Shown: piece by piece, positions 16,566 through 25,198 of the stretch
Layout: each line of letters begins with the position of its first letter
Position numbering within the stretch: the first letter of the stretch is position 1
Source of the DNA: Candidatus Binatus sp.
GTDB lineage: Bacteria; Desulfobacterota; Binatia; Binatales; Binataceae
Direction of reading: 5' to 3'
Assembly (NCBI GenBank): GCA_050010075.1
Contig: JBEKLS010000002.1
Coordinates: forward strand, 3,501-67,500
Length of the DNA stretch: 64,000 nt
The notes under the pieces: generated by a model
Seen by the model: only the letters and a program-made list of their open reading frames with translations
What the model was told of the DNA's origin: nothing
Databases searched by the model: none
Program-made: the position numbers and the translations under genes

Positions 16566-17381
16566 ATGACATCTGGTTCGAAACAAGTCGAAAGGACAGG
16601 CGGGCTAAGGATGATGCTCGCATCGTCCCTGCTGGCGGTCGTTTCGTTGGCAACGCCCGCCTTGTGCCAGGACGCCGCTCCGCTCTCGCAGAATCCCGCC
16701 GCCCAGTCGGCCGCTAGCGCGCAGACGCCGCCGGGTGAGAATAATCAGGTCTATTCGGACCCGCTGTCGGGATTCAACGAGCCGATGTTCACCTTCAACC
16801 TCAAGCTCGACGATTGGGTCCTGCGCCCGGTCGCCAGTGGCTACGCCAGCGTCCTGCCGCAGCCGGCGCGCGAGAGCGTGGGCCGGTTCTTTGACAACGT
16901 CCGTGTAATCCCGCGCTTCGCCAACAACCTCTTTCAGCTCAAGCTGGCCGAGGCCGGCGGCGAAGTCGCGCGCTTCGGAATCAACAGCACCGTGGGCGTG
17001 GCCGGCTTGTTCGATCCGGCCGACAGCTGGTTCGGGCTCAAGGAGCATCCCAACGATTTCGGCCTCACGATTCGCTACTACGGCGTTCCGACCGGCCCCT
17101 ACGTGATGCTGCCGTTCTTTGGACCGTCGACGGTCGGCGACACGGTCGGCCTGGTGGCGGACGGTGCGATGGATCCGCTGAGCTACCTGGTTCCATGGTG
17201 GATAACGCTGGTGGTGAACACGGGCCAGCGCGCAGTCGAAGCGGTCAACTACCGTTCGCTGCATCTGAACCAGTTCGAGGAAGCCGACCGCTACGCGATC
17301 GATCTCTACGGCGCGGTCCAGGACGCGTACCTGCAGACGCGCGCGCATGAGGTCAAGAAGCTGCACGAAGAAGAGTGGTAA
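16566..17381 (+). CDS. mlaA: outer-membrane lipoprotein MlaA/VacJ
   Basis: I start the gene at the ATG at 16566 (GGGGAG motif upstream). DPLSGFNEPMFTFNLKLDDWVLRPVASGY...FFDNVRVIPRFANNLFQ...NSTVGVAGLFDPA...DFGLTIRYYGVPTGPYVMLPFFGPSTVGD is the MlaA/VacJ signature. Confidence 0.85.
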   Translation: MTSGSKQVERTGGLRMMLASSLLAVVSLATPALCQDAAPLSQNPAAQSAASAQTPPGENNQVYSDPLSGFNEPMFTFNLKLDDWVLRPVASGYASVLPQPARESVGRFFDNVRVIPRFANNLFQLKLAEAGGEVARFGINSTVGVAGLFDPADSWFGLKEHPNDFGLTIRYYGVPTGPYVMLPFFGPSTVGDTVGLVADGAMDPLSYLVPWWITLVVNTGQRAVEAVNYRSLHLNQFEEADRYAIDLYGAVQDAYLQTRAHEVKKLHEEEW

Positions 17382-17410
17382 GCCGAAGTTAGATCAAGCA
17401 AAGTTCAAGG

Positions 17411-17457
17411 ATAAGCGCGCCGCGTGACCAAAGGTCCCGCGGCGCGCTTATTTTTTG
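17411..17457 (+). terminator. Rho-independent terminator after mlaA
   Basis: ATAAGCGCGCCGCG-tgaccaaaggtcc-CGCGGCGCGCTTAT followed by TTTTTTG, 30 nt after the mlaA stop. Confidence 0.75.
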
Positions 17458-17482
17458 TGCGCACGCGAGCAAAGGACTCGAT

Positions 17483-17745
17483 CCTAACCTCTCCTTGTCC
17501 GAGGAGAGGTCGGCGTAAGCCGCTTGAAAAGCGGTGTCGCCGGGAGAGGTGCAGCGCTCGCATCGCACCAACACCGACTCGTTTAGTCACAATGCTGGAC
17601 ACTGAGGCCGCCACCAGGCAGCAGCACCAGTTTCCGGACTCCATTGCAAAAGAAAAGTGCTCTCGGGTGCGGCGGCATGCGTCCCACCTCTCCCGGCGCC
17701 ACCTGCGGTTGGCGCCGACCTCTCCTCGGACAAGGAGAGGTTAGG
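17483..17745. repeat. inverted pair of ~70-bp composite hairpin repeats (family R3), MITE-like
   Basis: The left arm 17483..17552 reads cctaacctctccttgtccgaggagaggtcggcg...gtcgccgggagaggtg. The right arm 17685..17745 is its reverse complement (cacctctcccggcg...cgccgacctctcctcggacaaggagaggttagg). About 130 bp of unique sequence lies between them. Each arm also contains the hairpin CCTCTCC-ttgtccg-AGGAGAGG. Confidence 0.8.
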
Positions 17746-17827
17746 ACTCGGACGCGCTGCTGTCCGCGCACCTTCCTCGTCCCTACTTCGAACAGGGACG
17801 AAGTCCCGCATCTTCTCCGAATACCAA

Positions 17828-17880
17828 GGTGCAGGGGTTACCCCTGCCCAGGGAAGGGTGAAACCCAGGAGGGGTTTCAC
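17828..17880 (+). repeat. family R2 repeat, copy B
   Basis: ggtgcaggggttacccctgcccagggaagggtgaaacccaggaggggtttcac. Preceded by the hairpin GGGACgaaGTCCC (17793..17809), which is also found beside copy C. Confidence 0.9.
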
Positions 17881-17925
17881 ATTCAATCAAGTGATTTACC
17901 CTTCCCCAGCGCTACGCCGCCGCCC

Positions 17926-18795
17926 TCAATTCGCGGCGACGTGTTCCCATGCGTGGTACGAGCTTCTCACCAGCGGGCCTGACTCGACGTGATGGAACCC
18001 GAGCGCGAGCGCGGCCGCCTTAAGCTCCGCGAATTCCGCCGGCGGCACGTAACGCGCCACCGGGATGTGATCCGCCGAAGGCCGCAGATACTGCCCCAGG
18101 GTCAGGATGTCGCATTCGACGCTGCGCAGATCCCGCACGACGTCGAGCAGTTGCGCGTCGGTCTCGCCGAGCCCGAGCATCACGCCCGCCTTGGTGTACA
18201 TCGGCTTGCCAAGTCGGCGCGCCGTGTCTTTCGCATGGCGGATGACGTCGAGCGACCGCTCGTAATTCCCGCCCGGCCGCACTGAACGATAGAGGCTGGG
18301 GACCGTTTCGATATTGTGGTTGTAGATGTCGATTGGCGATTCCACCACCGTCTCGACGCTGGCGAGTACGCCCTGGAAGTCCGGCACCAGTACCTCGACG
18401 CGAGCCGGCTCGGGATTCGCTTTAATCGCACGAGCAGTCGCCGCGAAATGCGCCGCGCCGCCGTCGGCCAGGTCGTCGCGATCGACCGATGTGACAACGA
18501 CATGCTGCAAGCCCAGCCGCGCGACCGCCTCCGCGATTCGCCGCGGCTCGTCGGCGTCGAGCGGGCGCACCCGGCCGTGCGCGACCGCGCAATACGGACA
18601 GTTGCGCGTGCACACATCGCCCATCAGCATGAAGGTGGCGGTGCGATGCGAAAAGCATTCGCCGATATTCGGGCAGCACGCCTCCTGGCAGACCGAATGC
18701 AGTTTGAGCTCGCCGAGAATCGCCTTGGTGCGAAAATATTCGGGCGACACCGGAGCGCGCACCTTGATCCAGTCGGGATGTTTCCGCTCAGCCAT
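17926..18795 (-). CDS. lipA: lipoyl synthase
   Basis: 289 aa. Radical-SAM motif CTRNCPYC plus the auxiliary cluster motif CQEACCPNIGEC. KPDWIKVR-type N-terminus. Confidence 0.95.
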   Translation of the reverse strand: MAERKHPDWIKVRAPVSPEYFRTKAILGELKLHSVCQEACCPNIGECFSHRTATFMLMGDVCTRNCPYCAVAHGRVRPLDADEPRRIAEAVARLGLQHVVVTSVDRDDLADGGAAHFAATARAIKANPEPARVEVLVPDFQGVLASVETVVESPIDIYNHNIETVPSLYRSVRPGGNYERSLDVIRHAKDTARRLGKPMYTKAGVMLGLGETDAQLLDVVRDLRSVECDILTLGQYLRPSADHIPVARYVPPAEFAELKAAALALGFHHVESGPLVRSSYHAWEHVAAN

Positions 18796-19531
18796 CGCCA
18801 GCCATCAACTCAGGCGTCCGGAGAATCTCCGTCGCGTGTACTGAAATAATTTCTTCATAGCCGAACACGCGCGCGAAACTCTCGCGCATCACGACGGCGA
18901 ACTCGCGCATCGACACCGCGTGATTCGTCAGCTCGCAGACCGAAGTCATGCGGCATCCGTCGATCCCGCACGGCACGATCGAGTCGAAGTAGCTGAGGTC
19001 GGTGGAGACGTTAAGCGCGAAGCCATGCCACGTCACCCAGCGCCGGATGCCAACGCCAATCGACGCGATCTTGCGCGCGCCCACCCACACGCCGGTCATC
19101 CCGTCGCGGCGGCCGGCGTCGATACTGAATTTCGCGAGCGTATCGATCATCGCGGCCTCGAGCATGCGCAGGTACTTCGTCACGTCGCGGTCGCGACCCT
19201 CTAGCTTGAGAATCGGATAGCCGATCAACTGTCCCGGCCCGTGATAGGTCACCTGCCCGCCGCGCGACACGCGCCGAACCGGCACGCCCGCCGGATTGCC
19301 CACGATAAACCGCTCATCCGCCCCGCGCCCGAGCGTGTAGACATGCGGATGCTCCATCAGAAGGAGCGTGTCGCCGACCGCATCGCCAAGCCGCGCCGCC
19401 AGCGTTGAGGTTTGGAGCGCAAGCGCATCGTCGTAATCGACGGCGCCCAACTCAGCAACCGCCAGCCTCCCTTTCTGGTTCCCCTTCCACCAGGGGAAGG
19501 GGTTAGGGGTTAGGTCGCTCGCTTCATTCAC
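18788..19531 (-). CDS. lipB: octanoyltransferase LipB (start probably downstream of the annotated ORF start)
   Basis: LLLMEHPHVYTLGRGADE, RGGQVTYHGPGQLIGYPIL, GVWV..RKIASIGV and PCGI are LipB signatures. It overlaps the lipA start by 8 nt. The first 27 codons (MNEASDLTPNPFPWWKGNQKGRLAVAE) translate repeat R1, so a TTG at 19450 downstream of GGGAGG is the more plausible start. Confidence 0.9.
   Translation of the reverse strand: MNEASDLTPNPFPWWKGNQKGRLAVAELGAVDYDDALALQTSTLAARLGDAVGDTLLLMEHPHVYTLGRGADERFIVGNPAGVPVRRVSRGGQVTYHGPGQLIGYPILKLEGRDRDVTKYLRMLEAAMIDTLAKFSIDAGRRDGMTGVWVGARKIASIGVGIRRWVTWHGFALNVSTDLSYFDSIVPCGIDGCRMTSVCELTNHAVSMREFAVVMRESFARVFGYEEIISVHATEILRTPELMAGDG
19475..19514 (-). 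repeat. family R1 hairpin repeat, copy a
   Basis: The reverse complement is cctaacccctaaccccttcccctggtggaaggggaaccag, an identical 40-mer to the copy at 37552..37591. Hairpin CCCCTTCC/GGAAGGGG. Confidence 0.9.
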
Positions 19532-19601
19532 TACGCCGACTCCGCACCCAGCGCGCTATTCCGCGCGACTCAAGATTCTGCCTCTGCTCTGCAACATCCA
19601 T

Positions 19602-21014
19602 CTATATATCTATCGCTTCCCCGTCAGCCGCCAAAGCCGCCTGCATGATCGCCTCCGACATCGTGGGATGCGGATGCGCAGTCTTGCCTATCTCGGTGGT
19701 CGTCGTCTCGAGCGTCTTGCCGAGCACGACTTCCGAAATGATGTCGGTCGCGCCGTGTCCGATAATCTGGCATCCGATCACTTCGCCGTACTTCTTGGTC
19801 GCGACGAGTTTGACGAAGCCGGCAGTCTCGCCAATCGCAACCGCCTTGCCAATCGCGCGAAACGGAAACTTGCCGATCTTCACCTCGATACCGCGCGCCT
19901 TGGCCTCCGCCTCGCTGAGTCCTACGGTCGCAACTTCGGGCTCGCAGTAGATGCAGGCCGGGATCGCGAGCAGGTCGAAGCCGGGCTCGCGCACACCCGC
20001 CATGATTTCGACGGCGGCGATACCTTCGGCGCTGGCCTTATGCGCGAGCAGAGGCGGGCGCATGACGTCGCCAATCGAGTAGATGCTCGGGACAGCGGTC
20101 TGGAACGAGTCGTTCACCTTGATGAAGCCGCCGCGCTCGAGCTCGATGCCGAGTTTTTCCAGTCCAACGTTCATACTAAGCGGCACGCGGCCGACCGCCA
20201 CCAGCACCACTTCGGCCTCGACGGATTTCTCGGCGCCTTCTGCCATGACGGTGACCGACCATACGTCGCCCTTGCGCGCCATCGACTTGTAGCCGTGCCC
20301 GAGCATCACCGTGACTCCGCGCTTGATGAACGCGCGGCGCAGCTCTTCGGCGACTTCGGCGTCCATGCCGGGCAGCATCTGCTTTTCCAGCTCGACGATC
20401 GTGACCTTGGCGCCGAACGCGCTGTAGAAGTAGCCGAACTCGAGACCGATCGCGCCGGCGCCGATGATAACGACGCTCGCGGGCATCGTGTCGAGCACCA
20501 GCGCCTCCTTGCTGGTGACGACGCCGTCGCCGACCTTCATGCCGGGGAACAGGCGCTCGCCCGAGCCGGCCGCAATCAGAATGCGCTCGCCGTCGAGCGA
20601 CGCGGCGGCAGGCGCCGGTTTGCCTTCGACCTGCCGCAGTGCCACGGAATGCGGCCCGGTGACAGCAGCGTCGGCCTCGAAGTAGTCGATCTTGTTTTTC
20701 TTGAACAGGTAGAGCACGCCCTTGGACAGCTTGTCGGCGGCCGCGCGCGAGCGCGCAATCACCTTGGTGAAATCGAACCGAACCTCGCCGGTCTCGATGC
20801 CATGCTCTTTCGCCGCCCCGCGAATAGTGTCCATCGCGGTCGCCGAATTGAGCAGCGCCTTGGACGGAATACACCCCCAATTAAGACAAACACCCCCGGG
20901 GCGGTCCCGCTCAACAACAGCAACGCGCATCTTAAGCTGAGCCGCGCGGATGGCGGCAACATAACCACCAGGCCCGGAGCCAATCACAACAAGGTCATAC
21001 CGAGAATTAGCCAA
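19602..21014 (-). CDS. lpdA: dihydrolipoyl dehydrogenase (E3)
   Basis: 470 aa. FAD motif VVIGSGPGGYVAA, redox-active disulfide GGVCLNWGCIPSK, NAD motif VIIGAGAIGLEF, C-terminal HPHPTMSE interface motif. Confidence 0.95.
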   Translation of the reverse strand: MANSRYDLVVIGSGPGGYVAAIRAAQLKMRVAVVERDRPGGVCLNWGCIPSKALLNSATAMDTIRGAAKEHGIETGEVRFDFTKVIARSRAAADKLSKGVLYLFKKNKIDYFEADAAVTGPHSVALRQVEGKPAPAAASLDGERILIAAGSGERLFPGMKVGDGVVTSKEALVLDTMPASVVIIGAGAIGLEFGYFYSAFGAKVTIVELEKQMLPGMDAEVAEELRRAFIKRGVTVMLGHGYKSMARKGDVWSVTVMAEGAEKSVEAEVVLVAVGRVPLSMNVGLEKLGIELERGGFIKVNDSFQTAVPSIYSIGDVMRPPLLAHKASAEGIAAVEIMAGVREPGFDLLAIPACIYCEPEVATVGLSEAEAKARGIEVKIGKFPFRAIGKAVAIGETAGFVKLVATKKYGEVIGCQIIGHGATDIISEVVLGKTLETTTTEIGKTAHPHPTMSEAIMQAALAADGEAIDI

Positions 21015-21127
21015 GACGAAGCCCTTCCAGGAATTTGAATGAATCCATTATTCCCCGAATCTAACCATCGAGTAAGTGCCGCGCGCGACAGCGGCGTGAT
21101 GAGCAGCTCAGCGCGATTTTTCTGTAT

Positions 21128-21167
21128 CTGGTTCCCCTTCCCGCGCGGGAAGGGGTTAGGGGTTAGG
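21128..21167 (-). repeat. family R1 hairpin repeat, copy b
   Basis: The reverse complement is cctaacccctaaccccttcccgcgcgggaaggggaaccag. Same arms as the other copies with a different loop (GCGC instead of CTGGTG). It sits between the lpdA start and the brnA stop. Confidence 0.9.
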
Positions 21168-21242
21168 TTGCTCGTCTCATTCGTGACGCACAGCTCCAAC
21201 GCCCAGTTGCACAAAGCTCTCCTATCTTGGAGGGCCTGCAAC

Positions 21243-21515
21243 TCAACGCTGCAAGGTGGCGAGCCAGCGCTCTACGATGCTTCTGGCCAGGGTCGTGTGG
21301 CCGACTCCGCGACGCTTCGCCAGCTTCTTGAGGGTCTTCAGATCGTCCTCATAGAGCCTCAGCGCTATCTGCTCGGTGCGCGCGGGCCGAATCTCGACGT
21401 CCAGGTCCTCCAGCTCGTCGGCGAATTCCTCGACGCTGTGATTGCTCCAGAACTTGCGCTCAGCGCGATCGGTCTTGAAGCTCGGCCGCTTGCTTTTTCT
21501 GTCTGCCATCTTCAT
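21243..21515 (-). CDS. brnA: BrnA-type (COG3514, RHH) antitoxin
   Basis: 90 aa. The pattern ERKFWSNHSVEEFADELEDLDVEI....EQIALRLYEDDLKTLKKLAKRRGVGHTTLARSIVERWL matches BrnA/CopG antitoxins (F W..H....y.......v......k.isLRl....l..lk..A...G..yqtL.r). Confidence 0.75.
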   Translation of the reverse strand: MKMADRKSKRPSFKTDRAERKFWSNHSVEEFADELEDLDVEIRPARTEQIALRLYEDDLKTLKKLAKRRGVGHTTLARSIVERWLATLQR

Positions 21516-21892
21516 CTTCCTTTGCCGCGCCGCCAGGCGCGGTAACTCCGGATCTCATCTGGCGCTGAGACGCGCGCACTGACACACAGCCGCATCGATG
21601 GGTCGAATTCCATCTTGTCACCGACTTTGCTCGTAGGCTGCATAACGAATACGCCCGCCTCGTGGAGATCGCGCGGCTCTGCTGCGCGCAGCACGCACGT
21701 CAAAAATTCTCCATCATCCAAAGGGGCTACGACGAACCACCTCGTGCCAGCCGCTCGTCCGCCTCGCCGGACTCGCGCCAGACCAAAGCGGCCGAAGACC
21801 GCGTCTGCTACGTCGTCGGCGTCAATTTCGCGCTCTGCCAGATGTTCTAGACTGGCGGCGGTAAACACCAGCGTCCAGCCCACCTTCTGCAT
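21512..21892 (-). CDS. brnT: BrnT-like (DUF497) toxin, atypically long
   Basis: Located upstream of brnA and overlapping it by 4 nt, which is the toxin-first order typical of BrnTA. HLAEREIDADDVADAVFG resembles the BrnT KHGVsFeEA region, and the C-terminal RLCVSARVSAPDEIRSYRAW resembles the BrnT iRIISARkAtkkErk.Y motif. At about 126 aa it is longer than the usual ~90. The start is uncertain (ATG 21892 or TTG 21928). Confidence 0.5.
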   Translation of the reverse strand: MQKVGWTLVFTAASLEHLAEREIDADDVADAVFGRFGLARVRRGGRAAGTRWFVVAPLDDGEFLTCVLRAAEPRDLHEAGVFVMQPTSKVGDKMEFDPSMRLCVSARVSAPDEIRSYRAWRRGKGR

Positions 21893-22001
21893 ACCAAAAT
21901 GGTATGCAGAAGAGCGGATAGCCCGCAAGAGGTCGGATTCACGCTCAGGAGCTCATCGGCATCCGATTCTGCTATTCGTGTTTCGTTCTCCTGAACTTTC
22001 G

Positions 22002-22021
22002 AACGTTTCACGTGAAACGTT
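22002..22021. promoter_or_regulatory. perfect 20-bp palindrome, candidate operator upstream of brnTA
   Basis: AACGTTTCACGTGAAACGTT is exactly self-complementary. It lies in an AT-rich spacer about 110 bp upstream of brnT and 72 bp downstream of the DUF4239 gene stop. Confidence 0.4.
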
Positions 22022-22092
22022 TTGCGTTTAAACTTCAGCGAATCGCGGCCTTTTTTCGGGAATAAGCGTAGATTCGGCGACATTCCTGCGCG

Positions 22093-22902
22093 CTATTTGT
22101 TGCTGATCGGGGCGTCGGTCCATGATTGTTGCGTCATTATGAAAGGGTCTGGTGAGACGCTTATTTCGCCGCGGAAGGGCCAGTCGAGCGCTATGATCAT
22201 CACGATGACCAGCGCCAGCGTCGCTGCGACTACAGCCGTCATCGCCATGTGCAGGCCGAAGCTTTCGTAGCCGAAAAAATAGGTGTAGCCGGTCGTGATC
22301 GCGGCGCCGAAAAAGACTATCGCCCAGATGACGCCCGGGACGTGGCCCTGCACCGCCGAAAGCCGGGCGCTGCGTGCGTCGTAGAGCTCGTTCCAGCTCT
22401 TCAGCAACTCGGCCTCGATGACCGCTTGACCGGAAGTCTGCGGCTGGATCGTGGCGATCGCGACCGCGATGTCGCGCAGCGGCTTCCATCCCTGATCGGG
22501 CGTCACGCCGTCGCGCTGAATCGGCCATTCGACGTCGATGACAACGGTGACGTACTTCTGCAACGCGTCGCGGATTTCCTTGCCCTTCGCGTCCGGCAAG
22601 CCCGCCGTGTCGAGGTACATGCCGCCGGCGTAGTCGGATTCGTTTTCGACGATATCGGACGCTCGGCTGAAAGACTCCCACGTCGCGATCGCGATGAATG
22701 CGAGCAGGACTGCGTACAGCACGCTGATGATGGCAATCGTGAAGCCGGCCAAATCGTTGTGAGCCCGGCGCAGGTTGACGTGGACCATGCGATGAAAAAT
22801 CAACAGACCGCCGCATGCAGCCGAGGTGAACAGTACGATCAGAATGCTGCCCCACAGCCAGGTTGGATTGTTGTAAATCCAGTCGATGATAACGTTCATC
22901 AC
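22093..22902 (-). CDS. DUF4239-family membrane protein
   Basis: 269 aa. Hydrophobic segments at both ends. The central region LLAFIAIATWESFSRASDIVENESDYAGGMYLDTAGLPDAKGKEIRDALQKYVTVVIDVEWP resembles the conserved DUF4239 core. Confidence 0.7.
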   Translation of the reverse strand: MMNVIIDWIYNNPTWLWGSILIVLFTSAACGGLLIFHRMVHVNLRRAHNDLAGFTIAIISVLYAVLLAFIAIATWESFSRASDIVENESDYAGGMYLDTAGLPDAKGKEIRDALQKYVTVVIDVEWPIQRDGVTPDQGWKPLRDIAVAIATIQPQTSGQAVIEAELLKSWNELYDARSARLSAVQGHVPGVIWAIVFFGAAITTGYTYFFGYESFGLHMAMTAVVAATLALVIVMIIALDWPFRGEISVSPDPFIMTQQSWTDAPISNK

Positions 22903-23165
22903 TTCAATGCACCGTCGGCAGGGCTATAGCGGCCCTGATTATTCCCCGGAATTAGAGCAGGCTTAATCGACGCGCGGAAGCCCTGCTTCCGGGCGAAGCG
23001 GAACACTCGCCGCGACACATTGATGCCGTCGTGTGTCAGCCGATCATCGCGTGCGCGCCGGCTCATTCGCCCCTCGTCAGTTCCGTTCGTCTGCGCGACG
23101 CGGCATGAATCTTGGACTTAGCAAGCTGTACGCATCAGTGGCGGGAAGAGGAGCAGGACGGTGAA

Positions 23166-24746
23166 ATGGTTCAAGCAGCGATCAATCAAAAGGGTTCGCA
23201 AAAGGTTTCGAGCCTCGGCCATGAGGAATTAGCTCGCGGCGAGGACAAATTCCGCGCGCTGCTCGAGTCGGCGCCGGATGCGATGGTCATCGTCGACACG
23301 GATGGCAACATCGCGCTGGTCAATGCGCAGACCGAAAGGCTTTTCGGATACGCGCGGCACGAGCTGCTGGGCAACCAGGTCCGGATGCTGATGCCAGAGC
23401 GCTTTCGCGGCGCGCATCCGGAGCATCGCGCGGCGTACTTCGCCGATCCGACAGTGCGGGTGATTGGCACGGCGCCGGATCTGTACGGCCTGCGCAAGGA
23501 TGGCACCGAGTTCCCGATGGAGATCAGTTCGAGTCCGCTCGAGACCGAGGACGGGCTGCTGGTCTGCAGCGCGATCCGTGACGTTACCGCGCGCAAAATT
23601 GCCGAAGAAAAAATGCGGCAGAGCGAAGAACACTTCCGGCTGCTGGTGCAGGGGGTCAAAGACTGCGCGATCTTGATGATCGATCCGGAAGGCCTGGTCG
23701 TGAGCTGGAACGAAGGGGCAGAAAGAATCAAGGGCTACACCGCCGCCGAGATCATCGGCAAGCACTTCTCCTCCTTTTATTTGCCTGAGGATGTCGAAGC
23801 AGGCGAGCCGGCCCGCGAGTTGGAGATGGCGCGCAAGGACGGCCACATCGAAACCGAAGGATGGCGGGTGCGCAAGGACGGTTCGCGTTTCTGGGCCGAC
23901 GTGATCATCACCGCCATGTATGGTCCCAAGGGCGACCTTTGCGGCTTCAGCAAGGTCACGCGCGATATCACCGCGCGTGAGCAGGCCGGGGAAGACGTGC
24001 GCGTTTTGACGGCGACCCGCCATGCTGCGCAGCTCGAAGTCGTCAACCGGGAGCTGGAGGCGTTCTCGTATTCGGTATCGCACGATCTTCGCGCGCCGCT
24101 CCGCAGCATCGACGGCTTCAGCTCGGCGTTGATGGAAGATTACGGCGACAAACTCGACGAGCAGTCCAAGAGTCACCTGTTGCGCATCCGGGCGGCAACT
24201 CAGCGCATGGCTCAATTGATCGACGACCTGCTGAAGCTGGCGTTCGTGACACGCAGCGAAATGCATATGTGGAAGGTGGACCTGAGCGAATTGGCCAACG
24301 TCATCCTGGCCGAGTTCGAACGGGCCGAGCCGAATCGCAAAATCGAGTGCGTGGTGCAGGAACACGTTATCAGCCAGGGTGATCCGCTCCTGCTTCGTTC
24401 GGTGCTCGAAAACCTGCTGGGCAACGCGTGGAAGTTCACCAGTAAGACGCCGCAGGCAAAAATTGAGTTCGGAACGGAGGATCACGGCGGAGAGACAGTC
24501 TATTTCGTCCGCGACAATGGCGCGGGCTTCGATATGACTTACGCGGGCAAACTGTTCGGTCCGTTTCAGCGGCTGCACGTGACCAGCGATTTCCCCGGCA
24601 CCGGAGTGGGACTGGCGACCGTCAAAAGGATCATCCACCGCCACGGCGGACGGGTGGCGGCCGAAGGTGCGGTAGGCAAGGGAGCGACATTTTCGTTTAC
24701 GCTCGAGGGCGACAAGCTCGAGGACAGCAAGGTGGATATGAAATGA
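23166..24746 (+). CDS. PAS-PAS sensor histidine kinase
   Basis: I start the gene at the ATG at 23166. Two PAS domains ([16 protein letters not shown]...; [21 protein letters not shown]...). H-box [18 protein letters not shown] boxes [24 protein letters not shown]. The cytoplasmic region has no obvious TM segment. Confidence 0.9.
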   Translation: MVQAAINQKGSQKVSSLGHEELARGEDKFRALLESAPDAMVIVDTDGNIALVNAQTERLFGYARHELLGNQVRMLMPERFRGAHPEHRAAYFADPTVRVIGTAPDLYGLRKDGTEFPMEISSSPLETEDGLLVCSAIRDVTARKIAEEKMRQSEEHFRLLVQGVKDCAILMIDPEGLVVSWNEGAERIKGYTAAEIIGKHFSSFYLPEDVEAGEPARELEMARKDGHIETEGWRVRKDGSRFWADVIITAMYGPKGDLCGFSKVTRDITAREQAGEDVRVLTATRHAAQLEVVNRELEAFSYSVSHDLRAPLRSIDGFSSALMEDYGDKLDEQSKSHLLRIRAATQRMAQLIDDLLKLAFVTRSEMHMWKVDLSELANVILAEFERAEPNRKIECVVQEHVISQGDPLLLRSVLENLLGNAWKFTSKTPQAKIEFGTEDHGGETVYFVRDNGAGFDMTYAGKLFGPFQRLHVTSDFPGTGVGLATVKRIIHRHGGRVAAEGAVGKGATFSFTLEGDKLEDSKVDMK

Positions 24747-25198
24747 AAGAGCCAGCGATCTTATTGGTCGAAGATAACGCCGATGACGAAGCGCTGACGA
24801 TGCGCGCGCTGCGCAAGAACAATATCAGCAACGAGATCATGGTCGCGCGCGACGGCGCCGAGGCGCTCGACTACCTCTTTGGCGAGGGAGCGTATGCGGG
24901 GCGCGACACCGGCATGCAGCCGGCCTTGATTCTGCTCGATTTGAAGCTGCCGAAGGTGGACGGTTTCGAGGTCTTGAGAAAACTGCGCGCCGACCGGCGA
25001 ACGAGACTGCTGCCCGTGGTTATTCTGACCTCGTCCAAAGAACAGCAGGACATCGCGAACGGCTACGGTCTGGGCGCCAACAGCTACGTGCGCAAGCCGG
25101 TCGATTTCCAGGACTTTGTCGAGGCGGTTCGGCAGCTCGGCCTGTATTGGCTGGTGCTCAACGAGGAGCCCGTGCCTGAGAGCAGGGGCGGTCCGTGA
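24743..25198 (+). CDS. single-domain response regulator (CheY-like receiver)
   Basis: 151 aa. [13 protein letters not shown], phospho-acceptor context [20 protein letters not shown]. Its start overlaps the kinase stop (ATGA). Confidence 0.9.
   Translation: MKEPAILLVEDNADDEALTMRALRKNNISNEIMVARDGAEALDYLFGEGAYAGRDTGMQPALILLDLKLPKVDGFEVLRKLRADRRTRLLPVVILTSSKEQQDIANGYGLGANSYVRKPVDFQDFVEAVRQLGLYWLVLNEEPVPESRGGP

Noticed and set aside
17389-17992. Five overlapping ORFs (61-112 aa) in the mlaA-lipA spacer
   Set aside because: Their sequences (for example PWAGVTPAP, LSSDKERLG) are translations of palindromic repeats that recur elsewhere in both orientations. They are not coding.
19451-19531. First 27 codons of the lipB ORF
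   Set aside because: They translate repeat R1 (TPNPFPWWKGNQ). LipB homology starts afterwards, so the upstream ATG is probably fortuitous.
19668-21038. 456-aa plus-strand ORF
   Set aside because: It is antisense to lpdA, whose FAD, NAD and disulfide motifs are unambiguous.
23229-24644. 471-aa minus-strand ORF
   Set aside because: It is antisense to the PAS-PAS histidine kinase. It has a low-complexity Arg/Ala/His composition.
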